From Diplonema japonicum (Eukaryota; Protista; Euglenozoa: Diplonemea), in assembly GCA_964019335.1 (NCBI GenBank), contig OZ025675.1, positions 248,001-312,000 of the forward strand: 64,000 nt of DNA, read 5' to 3'. A model generated the notes under the pieces. That model was not told where the DNA came from and did no database searches. It saw nothing but the letters and a program-made list of their open reading frames with translations. Positions 35,101 through 44,691 of this stretch are shown in pieces; the first letter of the stretch is position 1, and the number at the start of each line of letters is the position of its first letter. Made by a program: the position numbers and the translations under genes.

Positions 35101-35586
35101 CATCAGACCCACCTCGCATCTCGGAAGCTGCGGGAGCTTCGCTAACACCTTTATAGCATTCGCCCAAGTCCTCAGCAGCTGCTCCGGCATGTTGCTTGCT
35201 AGTCCCCTGTCGAGCAAATCTTGGACTCCCGCAAGGATGTGCGAGACTTTCCGCTTCACCTCGGCGATGCACTTCTGCCAGCCCACTGCCGCACCTGTCG
35301 CCTCAACCACAGATTTCGCCGACAGGCACTTCTCCTTTGGTTGTCGCGCCACGCTTCTCCCGACGTAGGCCCTCCGTCTCACCGCTGGCAGGTCCCCGAT
35401 GCAGCATTCCTCCGAAACGCACGCTAACGTACTATACGCATCGTCAATGTCGCCGTCGCCCAGCTTCTGCGCAAATCCCCCGACCTGTAGCAGCTCAGCA
35501 ACTCGGTCACCATCAGCAGCTTCCATCGGCAACTCCCTCGGGACGAAGTATTTCCTCGTCATGCACTTGAGGGCCGGGATCCGGAA
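32198..35586 (-). mobile_element. 5'-truncated LINE, family A, inserted in an A-run with GG(A)n flanks on both sides
   Basis: Left flank cccgggA10, right flank ggA13gcacgttttccc. The homologous empty site is at ~55186-55275 (ggaggA13gaaaaacacgttttcctattgtgttcccattttcc). Confidence 0.88.
32248..35562 (-). CDS. Non-LTR retrotransposon ORF (family A): reverse transcriptase, C-terminal CCHC zinc finger, conserved C-terminal domain; N-terminus truncated
   Basis: RT motifs TAPGVDG, LIPK, HRPI, SQHGFRP, ALDFVKCFD, GILQGCPIS, SYADD. Zinc finger CDVC-x12-H-x4-C (HALWEC). No endonuclease domain visible, and the frame runs into the 5' flank. Confidence 0.93.
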   Translation of the reverse strand: MTRKYFVPRELPMEAADGDRVAELLQVGGFAQKLGDGDIDDAYSTLACVSEECCIGDLPAVRRRAYVGRSVARQPKEKCLSAKSVVEATGAAVGWQKCIAEVKRKVSHILAGVQDLLDRGLASNMPEQLLRTWANAIKVLAKLPQLPRCEVGLMKDNFETIIIKLQRLDDDLSALARVIAKDARVERERKYEERINTHFKEERKRVTAFVKGTTASATQAVEGDGVLTADLEEMDKMMHKEWDPIFQLYGGDRGEPQYNAFRTRYREYIVSQKMELRPLTGEDLRAVLAKKSTRTAPGVDGWRMAELRAMPVVLLDAWAELFNAVETTGKWPKALLTALVTLIPKGGERTPLNHRPITVTSAVYRLWACARLRDITLWQEKWIDDSQHGFRPKRGTDSILMELSTQLEEALLTGTPLNGIALDFVKCFDRVPQQIAFGLMQDLGLHERILTPLKAMYANLKRRFRFPTGVGSEFRVTNGILQGCPISVIMVNALVSVMVKCVMTEVPGAWSLSYADDVYLLARLAEVLTRATNKVIEFGDRTEMRLNGKKSQGFSTKNEIGPSLVCTGSSFKVAGEIKSLGVNLSMDGNHRLDKLDAAEGRLTRLGALPLGFENKSTMLTSTVLPSCLYGATYAAPSDDQLKKMCTAAVVSLWGPQFGMRNPVSVLSVLLPGHTAHPLSKVIYGTINSLVRESLASPRLRQRVGEIIGLYQDRDDDEVMGPIGVLRNRWLPFLGKGWSFVADLHGDTAVAHKVRQAIRPAVAKRLIEKRSTFVGMEAGACPSTNYWWKKLQARRPLVSFRLRRIISGAVFTTHPRVWGRKLDGPGVENPALACDVCDHRSQTTTSMTEHALWECEPARSVLESEQYAEVKREGLPAATALHGIVPRGADKAGKERARMVQQYLLKVVTVRDARAAEKSKRVLTSNPWDEVTTGRQHDVPTEALLKANGASGAVLTFHLKNVLKWLRGLRWYDGKKKTSVTTMELAIDYEQTTRRSLIGPLDDQDLLTEKAARMRYILGRIQKCSARCGRSAFPANAKSRVHTLRHLGGPTAHGYDRRPLFSSSQTPPYLARLQAVFLAQMPSISSRQTATAGTRQQPQNGDRLV

Positions 35587-37213
35587 GGAAAAAAAAAAAA
35601 AGCACGTTTTCCCATTGTGTTCCCATTTTCCTTTTTTTTTTCTTCTTTCTTTCTTCTCTTTTTTTGGCTAGAAGAAGAAGAAGAAGACGAAGAGAGTGAT
35701 AATAAAAAAAGAAGAAGGAAGAAAAAAAAGAGAAAGAAATAAAAAAAAATCTTAAAAAAAATTACATTTGAGGGGCATCATTTGACGACTACCATCACTA
35801 CACACCCTTCCGTATCTGCCTGCCGTGTCTTCAAGTACTACAAAGTAATATAAAAAAAACACAGGCAATTGAAAAGAACGGGAACCATGCAATGAAATTG
35901 GTATGTGTTCTGTCCGTGTGCCCTCATCTGAGAATATTCCCTTTTTCTCCCATAAAAGAAAAAAAAGAAACAAATGGGGAAGGGGGACTGTATATTTGAT
36001 GAAACTTATAGTGATTCATAGAAGTATAAAAAAAAGGGAGTTGAAGGGACCTGTATTCCATAATGGTTGGTTCCGTGTTAGTTAAGAAAAAAAAAAAAAA
36101 AACAAAAAAAGAAAGCACCCGCAATCCTGTGATCATTAGGTAACCTTTTCTTTTTGCTACCGCCTTATTTTGAAGCCGTTTAAGAATGAATCGCGTTTCC
36201 CTGAAGATTTAAAAAAAAAAAAAAAAAAACTTAGCTTTTCGGTTCATCAGCGTCTTATCGTTCTTCGACGGACGATGTTGGCTTGTTTGTCATGATTTTC
36301 TTTTTTGCCTAATGGTCAAATGTGTTTACTTTTTTTTTTCCTTTCCTTTTTTCAATTGTGTCAAAAGAGAAAGGAGTAACAGCATGTGGCTGTTAGAATG
36401 GTACAATGAAAACTTTGAAACTTAAGACCTTTCTGCTTGACACGAAGTTGTGACAAAAAAAAAAGAATAGCGAAATATAGGACTTAAGGTTGGCTCACCC
36501 CCATTTTTTTTTTTTCTCTTTTCTTTTTGACCTTAGGAAAAAAAGAAACACTCTCGTGAACAAACTTGCAAATAAAAAAGAAAAAGAAAAAAAACAGGCC
36601 AAAAAAAAAAAAAAAAAAAGGAAGAAGAACTGTAAGAATCTTTCATAAGGCTATGGCAGACAAATGTGTAACAAATCAATGTTGGTGAGCAAAGGGGGTG
36701 GGGAAGGGGGCGTGTGTAATCTGTAGAATGCAATGCAGAAACAGAATAAGGTTTCGGAGCCCTTGCATCGTGCTTTATGGCCAAGGGAAGTGAGGTTCTG
36801 CAAGACCATGCCATGTGTTCACCTTATCAACGTGCCGACTGAGGATAGAAATCTGGAGAGGTTTACAAACCCCGCAACACGTTGTCCGTTTTTGTTTAAA
36901 CAAGTCAAAAGACTCGTTCTTGCAAAAAAAAAAAAAAAAAAAAAAAAAAATGGGGATCGAGCTACTCATATTTCACATGCAAATAATGACCACGAATCCT
37001 CTGCTTGCATACATTTCTATTTCAGGAGGGGAGGGGATGGGGTAAAAGGATCAAAAAAAAAAAAAAAAAGATGGGTTACTAGGAGTATGCAAAACTATGT
37101 TGGTCAAGGGCAACAAGTTTGAGCACAGTGCGCACGAGGTACTAATTGCCCAAAGCGACAGCAAAGGAAGGGGAAAAAAAGGGGGGGGAGGGCAACATAG
37201 AAAATCACTCCAT

Positions 37214-39019
37214 TTAGTACACCTGTCGCCTCCTCACCACAGGTGCCCTCCTTGTGATCACGTCTGATAGATATGATGCTGCAGGCTCGTTTGTGTAGCT
37301 TGTAAGAAGTAAAAGCGCTTCATCCAGTCTGTCTTCTTCTTTCTCTTGCAGGTACATTTTCGCTGCCTCGTTGTACTTCACCCAGTACTTCGCCCGAGAC
37401 GCGTCCAGTGCGTACATCCACTCCTGGTCCACTGCTGAAAAGCTTTGCTTTTGTGGCAAGAGAGGGGGCGCCTTCGAAGTTATCTCTAAACTGGGCGAGA
37501 TAGGTGATGTTAAAAAGTTCTCTTCCCCCAGTGCCTCCCACAGGATTGCTTCCTTTTCCTGTTCGTGCTTCATAAGGGTGACCGCCTTGAGGACAATGCG
37601 CATCTCCTGTGTGACAGAGGCATCGATGTAAGCTGTTGTGTTGCACACAACCCCAATGCCCCACTCCGCACCGAGCCTCTCGTACACAGATGTCAGTACT
37701 GCTTCTTGTCCCATGATGCTGAACCGCTTCACCTCGTTGTTCCCAAGGTCACCCACCAGAACCTTCCCACTGCACACGGCCACGTTCACTTCCATGTTTT
37801 GGTCTACTCTCTCGAATCTCAGTGTGGTGGCTGTCTTCACCGCCGCCACTGCGTGTTGGATGCATTTCCTTGCCGCGTTGAACGAGGCGTGCACGTGGTC
37901 CCCGACGAACAGGTCCAGCATCCCCTTCTGTGCACGAACAGCGTGCAGTGCGAACCCGATCACCTTCGCGTGGAGGCGGCTGAACTCGGCAGCGTCTACC
38001 TCAGCAGCTTTGATCGAGTTCCCCATGTTCATCACCAGCATCGTCGCCCTTGTGGGTGTCAGCGAGCTCAGTGTCACAGGGGTGTCGGATAGAACAGACG
38101 AACGACCTGTCTGCGAAAGTTCCGAGCGTGCGTGTGATTGTGAGCTCTCACCCTCGTCGCCAGAGCTGCTAGAACTGTCTCCGCCGCGAAGACAGGACTG
38201 GGGGAGGTAAGGTTTATACGACCGGAGGTTCACAAGAATGGTGTGAAGCGCTTCGTGCAGCTTGTCGGGGAGGTTATCGCGTGACCTTTCGAGTGTCACG
38301 CTGGCCTCTTCAAGCTTGAACCCTGCAAGGAAGGAGGCCACGTCGCGTGCTGCAAGAACACCCAGTTCCAACTTCTGTTTTTCAGCGAGAACCTCATCAG
38401 CGAAACCCCTTGTGAAGTAGAAGTCAAGGAGGAAGATAGACACCATGTTGAAACAGGTGAAAAATGCAATGCTATTGTCCCGCTTGCAAGGAAGGGTGGT
38501 GCATGTGCACGTGCGTTCAAAACGGTATGCGTTGTCGCCGTTGAAATTTTTATCACCGATGTCGAGGAGGCCGAAGCGGGTGGCGTCCTCAACACTGGTG
38601 AGGAGGAGCCAGAGGCAGAGGGTGGTGACGACAACGATGGAGGACCTTGACCTTGTCCTGCACACGAGGAGAACATCAACGATGATGACGGTGAGGGGCC
38701 ACATCCTGGGCAGCATGGCACCCATGTTGTGGAAGTCCAGCATGATAACGGCGGCAAGCTCCACGTACATAACAAGCTCTATGAAGGTGTCGGAGGGCTT
38801 CTTGTTCACAAACAGCCACACCAAGGCAAGCAAACTTGCTATCACTGCCGTGTATGAGGCAATCTGTGATGTAGTGTGCTCAGTCGATATGACCCCTCCG
38901 ATTCCCATGGCCATAACAGCAACGAAGAACCACATTAGCACCGGCTTGCGCCTCGCCATCACCTCATCGTCGTCGGGGAGGGCGAGCTTGCTGACAAGCC
39001 AGTTGTGCAGCGACCACAT
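37214..39019 (-). CDS. 6TM pseudo-cyclase paralog 5 (601 aa)
   Basis: Intact ORF with the family motifs. Confidence 0.88.
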   Translation of the reverse strand: MWSLHNWLVSKLALPDDDEVMARRKPVLMWFFVAVMAMGIGGVISTEHTTSQIASYTAVIASLLALVWLFVNKKPSDTFIELVMYVELAAVIMLDFHNMGAMLPRMWPLTVIIVDVLLVCRTRSRSSIVVVTTLCLWLLLTSVEDATRFGLLDIGDKNFNGDNAYRFERTCTCTTLPCKRDNSIAFFTCFNMVSIFLLDFYFTRGFADEVLAEKQKLELGVLAARDVASFLAGFKLEEASVTLERSRDNLPDKLHEALHTILVNLRSYKPYLPQSCLRGGDSSSSSGDEGESSQSHARSELSQTGRSSVLSDTPVTLSSLTPTRATMLVMNMGNSIKAAEVDAAEFSRLHAKVIGFALHAVRAQKGMLDLFVGDHVHASFNAARKCIQHAVAAVKTATTLRFERVDQNMEVNVAVCSGKVLVGDLGNNEVKRFSIMGQEAVLTSVYERLGAEWGIGVVCNTTAYIDASVTQEMRIVLKAVTLMKHEQEKEAILWEALGEENFLTSPISPSLEITSKAPPLLPQKQSFSAVDQEWMYALDASRAKYWVKYNEAAKMYLQEKEEDRLDEALLLLTSYTNEPAASYLSDVITRRAPVVRRRQVY

Positions 39020-40923
39020 TCTTTTTTCCTTTTTTCTTCAATTTTCTCCGAATCTTTTTACGGGCTTTTTTTGGGGGGGGGGGAGGTGTAATAAAAAAAG
39101 AATAGCAGAATAGGAGCGAACGGTGTTTTTAATAATTAAAAAACACCAAAAAAAAAAAAAAAGAATTAGTACTGTATGTTTCACGAGCATTAAAAGATGC
39201 GGGTAACCTTTGTTGCTCGGCACTAGATTGCATAGAGTCTCTCCAGATTAAAATGTCAACACCTTTTTTTTTTGTCAGTTCGAAAATCTTTTGTTTTGAT
39301 TACTTGAGCAAAAAAAAATATGGTGTACCTGTTTTGCCATGAGGGTGGCAGGCTTTGCAACGTTTCTATCTCTTAGAAATTTAACTGACTCTAACAGCTC
39401 CAAGTAAGTACATTGGGTGGAGGGTGTCTACAGTCAAGCGGCACATTGTAGTGAGTTTTTAACCTGTTTAGAAAGGTCTATTTGTGCCTGGGTGACAGTT
39501 GCTCGCCTGCCAAGGTGTGCCTTTATTCTTGTCCCAGCCGACGAGCATACTTTTTCCCCTGAAATGACTCGCTTAAGGGGAGGTGTCGTTACGCACCTAG
39601 ACCCGGCCAAAGGTCTTGCTGCCCCATTTAAATAAAAATATCAGGTGGTGGGAAGGGTGCGCCCCCACCGGCTTCCTTTTTGACATAAATTACCGAGTTT
39701 TCTTTTTTGTTTTTTTTGTCTTGTACTACATAAATACTTGCAACAAAAAAAAAAGAGGGAAAAAAAAGGGGAAAAAAAAAAGGTAGTCACGATTTTATGT
39801 GATCACAGCAACCACCCTTTGTAAAACTTCGCCTGAAGCTTTCCAATTCCCTGTGGTCCCGTAGAAAGTAAAAGTGGAGAGGTAAAGAAAGCTTGGAAAT
39901 TGAAATAGGGAGAGGTAAAGAAAGCTTTTTGAAACAGGGAGAGGGGGGCCCCCGAAGAAATTGGAGAGTAGGGAGTTGGGAGGAAGAAAATAGCTATAGG
40001 TATTTGAAACAAAATTATGGCCATTGATTCACTCGAGGATTGTGGTTTTTTTGACCGAGGGCTCGGAGGTCTAAAAAAGCGGTCCGAGAGCGATGTGGCA
40101 CAAAGTAAGTTAGAGAAATATTATCTGATAATTCGGATTGAGTCACTCCGAGAGATCGAGAAAGTGGGGACAAAAACCCAAAACCTAATTATGAGCTATC
40201 AGCTGTGCAGTGGACTAGCACTTTCCCCTTGCGAGTGAAGAAACTTCCGAACTATCAGATAAAAAGTATATATATATGAGTTAAAAGGAAGTCATAGTAA
40301 GATGTTTCCTGTTCTCCTCCTCCACCTATCTCCTTTTAGCAGCAGTCTTTTTAAAAAGAATACTGTAAAACAATTAATTCTGGAGCTCTTGTGGGACCAG
40401 GAGTTTGATGAGGCCGAGGCCAAAAAGCGCACTGCCAAGGCTGCTACGAAGCCAAACCTGTTGCAAGTTGGCTGTGGCCCTCCTTCTTCCCCTTTTTTTA
40501 CTTTTATTTTCGTCATTTCTTCAAAGCTGAGGGCAGGATGACCGGAAAGCTTTTACTTCCGGTAATTTATTGTTTTACAGTATATTCAAAAAAAGTGTAG
40601 AACTAAACTAAATATGATCCCTGCGCCTTTTGAATGCATTTCTAGCTCAACTCCTCAACACGATGCACACCTAAATTCTGACAGCGAATTGAACAATTTT
40701 AAAACACTCATGCAAATCGAAACAACAGGGAGATGACCAGAGGCCGTGAAAACGGCATGATCACTCCTGGTTGTGCCTTATGGCGCGAAACGTGACCATC
40801 ACCGTGAACGTTTTCCTCTCTTACGACAAGTGAAGCAGTACAAGGTATACAGCGAAGTGTTTTGACAGCGTACCCCAGCAGCTGATGTAGGGCTCATCAG
40901 ATCGCACGGATAGGTTCTCCAGT

Positions 40924-42675
40924 TCAGTACACCTGTTGTTGCCGCACCACAGGTACCTTCTTCGCTATCAGCTCTGATAGTGCAGCTGCCACAGGCTCCG
41001 TTTTGTAGCTTGTCAGTAAGAAAAGCGATTCATCATAGCCATGTCCTTGCAGGTACAGCTTCGCTGCCTCGTTGTACTTCACCCAGTACTTCGCCCGAGA
41101 CTCGTCCAGTGCGTACATCCACTCCTGGTCCGCAGATACATCCCGTCTTCGTGCTGCTGTCCACAGGTCGCTTTCAATGGTACTTTCGTCGTCCAGTACC
41201 TCCCATAGGACTTCTTTGTGCTGATGGTTGTGTTTAATAAAGGTGACCGCCTTGAGGACAATGCGCATTTCTTGCATGACAGAGGCGTCCATGTAGGCAG
41301 CAGTGTTGCACACAACCCCAATGCCCCACTCCGCACCGAGCCTCTCGTACACAGATGTTAAAACCGCCGTGTTCCCCATGATGCTGAACCGCCTCACCTC
41401 GTTGTTCCCAAGGTCACCCACCAGAACCTTCCCACTGCACACGGCCACGTTCACTTCGACTCCCTTCTCGTGTTTTAGTACGGTTGCTGTCTTCACCGCC
41501 GCCACTGCGTGTTGGACGCATTTCCTTGCCGCGTTGAACGAGGCGTGCACGTGGTCCCCGACGAACAGGTCCAGCATCCCCTTCTGTGCACGAACAGCGT
41601 GCAGTGCGAACCCGATCACCTTCGCGTGGAGGCGGCTGAACTCAACAGGTTCCGCCTCCGCCAGTTCCAAGGAGTTCTTCATGTTCATCACCAGCATCGT
41701 CGCCCTTGTGGGTGTCAGAACATGAAGTGCCGGTGCCTCGCCAGACACAGAAGATGACGTGAGTTCTGTGTGCGACTCCGACTGTGTGTGTGACTGGGCA
41801 ACGTCGCCCCCTTCGTCGGAGCTACTAGAGTCGGTACCCCCTTGAAGACAGGACTGCGGGAGGTAAGGTTTATACGACCGGAGGTTCACAAGAATGGTGT
41901 GAAGCGCTTCGTGAAGTCTTTCAGGGAGGTCTTCCTTCGAAAGGTCGAGGTGGGCGTCTGCCTCTTCAAGCTTGAACCCTGCAAGGAAGGAGGCCACGTC
42001 GCGTGCTGCAAGAACACCCAGTTCCAACTTCCGTTTTTCAGCGAGAACCTCGTTGGCGAAGCCTCTTGTGAAGTAGAAGTCGAGAAGGAAGATGGACACC
42101 ATGTTAAGGAAGGTAAGCAATACAAGCTGCGCATCCTGCTTGCAAGGAAGGGTGGTGCACGTGCAGTGGTCATCAAGTCGGGACGCATGGTCGCCGTTGA
42201 AGTCAGCATCACCGATGTCGAGGAGGCCGAAGCGGGTGGCTTCCTCTAAGCTAGTGACGACGGACCATACGGTCAGGACTATGACGACGATGATGGAGGA
42301 CCTTGACCTGATCCTGCACACGAGGAACACATCGATGACGATGACTATAAGGGGCCACAACCTGGGGATCATGGCACCCATGCTGTGGAGGTCGAGAAAC
42401 AAGATCGAAACGACGATGGCGTACCCCACAAGCTCTATGAAGGTGTCGGAGGGCTTCTTGTTCACAAACAGCCACACCAAGGCAGGTCCGCCCACAATGC
42501 CAGCAATGATGGCAGATATCTTTGCGGTAACTAAGCTCGCGGTAAATATGCTCCCACCACCCACGAAGAACGCTGCGAGAAAGAACCACAACAGAACTGT
42601 CTTTCGCTTGACCATCACCTCATCGTCGTCGGGGAGGGCGAGCTTGCTGATAAGCCAGTTGTGCAGAAACCGCAT
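40924..42675 (-). CDS. 6TM pseudo-cyclase paralog 6 (583 aa)
   Basis: Intact ORF with the family motifs; N-terminal half closest to paralog 4. Confidence 0.88.
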   Translation of the reverse strand: MRFLHNWLISKLALPDDDEVMVKRKTVLLWFFLAAFFVGGGSIFTASLVTAKISAIIAGIVGGPALVWLFVNKKPSDTFIELVGYAIVVSILFLDLHSMGAMIPRLWPLIVIVIDVFLVCRIRSRSSIIVVIVLTVWSVVTSLEEATRFGLLDIGDADFNGDHASRLDDHCTCTTLPCKQDAQLVLLTFLNMVSIFLLDFYFTRGFANEVLAEKRKLELGVLAARDVASFLAGFKLEEADAHLDLSKEDLPERLHEALHTILVNLRSYKPYLPQSCLQGGTDSSSSDEGGDVAQSHTQSESHTELTSSSVSGEAPALHVLTPTRATMLVMNMKNSLELAEAEPVEFSRLHAKVIGFALHAVRAQKGMLDLFVGDHVHASFNAARKCVQHAVAAVKTATVLKHEKGVEVNVAVCSGKVLVGDLGNNEVRRFSIMGNTAVLTSVYERLGAEWGIGVVCNTAAYMDASVMQEMRIVLKAVTFIKHNHQHKEVLWEVLDDESTIESDLWTAARRRDVSADQEWMYALDESRAKYWVKYNEAAKLYLQGHGYDESLFLLTSYKTEPVAAALSELIAKKVPVVRQQQVY

Positions 42676-42952
42676 TTCTTTTCTTTTTCAATTTCTCCGA
42701 ATCTTTTTACATACGTTGTGTTAAGTGTGTAGTTAATTAATGAAGGGAGGTCTCGGAAGAACATACTAAAAACAACTTTTTAAAACATACAATAATAACG
42801 TAACGAAAGGGGGAGGGGGGGGGGGGAGAATCAAAAGGAAAAAAAAGTCGGTTGATTGTTGTTTGTGCACAGCCGGGGTTAACCTGTAGAAGGATAAGCC
42901 CAACAATGCTACCACTACTCTTTTTAGCAATAACAATTCATTATCAATATAT

Positions 42953-44103
42953 GGTCACCTCTCCGCTATTTGTCAATGCTTTTTTCGAAAAATGCGAAAA
43001 AAACGCTTTTTTTAAATTTTCACAAAAAAGGGGCAGCATGCAACCACAGGAAGTATGAAAGAAACGTGTAAATAGTCCCGAAAACTCCGTTAAAGGGCTT
43101 GCTTTTGAGAAAAAATACAATGTGGAGGGCTGAAACTTAAAAATGAACCGAAATTCGGCTGTCACGAAAACGGGGAAAACGCAGCAAATCCCGATTTATT
43201 CACCCAGAAACGCGCAGCATTTAACCATTGACCTCTTATTCAAAAATATATTGACAATCTGCAGCCAAAGAGGGGTCCCACTGGAAGGTGCTTTTGTCTC
43301 CGTACGATCTTCGGTGGGCACTAGTGAGCCAATTTGTGTGCGTTTTTTGGCCTGTTTTTGGCCCTCCTGATTCAGGAAATAAAATCAGATTTTCTACACA
43401 GCGACACTTCTAAGTGCTTCAGAGTGCTCTTTTGGCCCAGCAAACACCATGAGGTACTTGTGGGGTGCTGTTGGGACTCTTGCAGCGTCTTTTCGGCCCA
43501 CATGCCCTAATTTACAAACGCAGTCTTCATACTCACCCCAACCATCCCACTTTCACTATTAGCCTCTATTAGGACCTAGAATAGGTACTTTGGAGGAAAA
43601 AAAAAAAAAAAAGAAATTTTTTTTTGAAAAAAAATCAATTTTTGGGTGTTTTTGACTTTTTTTGTGAGGAAAAAAAAAAAATTTTGGGCACTTTTTTTTT
43701 TGGATTTTGGACCATCCTGCTGAAAAAAATCTACTGTAGGAAACGTAGGATATAACAACACTGCTGTTAGGCAGTGCAAACACACTTGTTTGCAGCCCTC
43801 GTGTCGTTCTGTCACCACATCCTGGATGGCCCGAGGGAAGCTAGACAACAAGGTACCGGTTCTCGTGGCGTATGAACACAGTTTGCACAACTACGACATG
43901 GAATTAAAGGGAAAAGTAGTGTAAATCCCGCTTAGTTTTCGCTGGGTTCAAAGAAAGTTTAAAAAAATGACAGCACCTAGCCATGATTTTCTTATTCGAT
44001 ATTTAAATCCACTTCTGGAGCAAATCCAGGCATGGCTTTTGATCACTTAAAGAAATATGAAATTTGCTGACAGTACTTTGTGACAAATAGCGGAGAGGTG
44101 ACC
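42953..44103. mobile_element. Non-autonomous DNA transposon, ~1.15 kb, 23-bp perfect TIR (GGTCACCTCTCCGCTATTTGTCA), nested in element G
   Basis: TIRs read directly. ATAT on both sides; removing the element and one ATAT restores G's caatatattg. Confidence 0.88.
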
Positions 44104-44691
44104 ATATTGTTTTTCTTGTTTAAGCAAAAAAGAATATAAGAGTTAAAGGAGGCCGGTGTTGGCGGCGCCCTGCACAAGAACCGTCTACTTGATTACAGGT
44201 AGCTTCTTCTGCGTTCCGCGTCCTTAATGCGTGCGGTGTGCGGCTCAACAGCCGGCGACCCGGGTAACCAAGATTCTGCGCTCAGTGTGCTGCCTGTTCG
44301 TCACCCTGAGCATCTGCGTTACGTTCTTCCACTCGGGCGCTACCGGTGATGACCGACGAGGAGGTCAACAGCGAACAACACATCTGATGCTTTTCTAATA
44401 TTTTCATGTTATCCCCACCACCTCACAAAAGAAAAGAAAAAAAAAAAAAAACAACAGGTTTCTTTTTCTCTCCTTCTTTTCTTCAGCTCCCAAGGAAGTG
44501 AAACCGATAAGTGGTCTTTTTTTAAAACGAAGATCGCATGGAAGCACCTTCCAAGGACACCTAAAGAAGGAAAAAACTACGAACGAGTCTTGACTTGTTT
44601 ACATAAACCAGAAGTCTGCCGGTATTCATGATATTTTGTTTGTTAATTGAAGAATTATGCAACATAGACTAACAGCTGTACCATCACGAGT

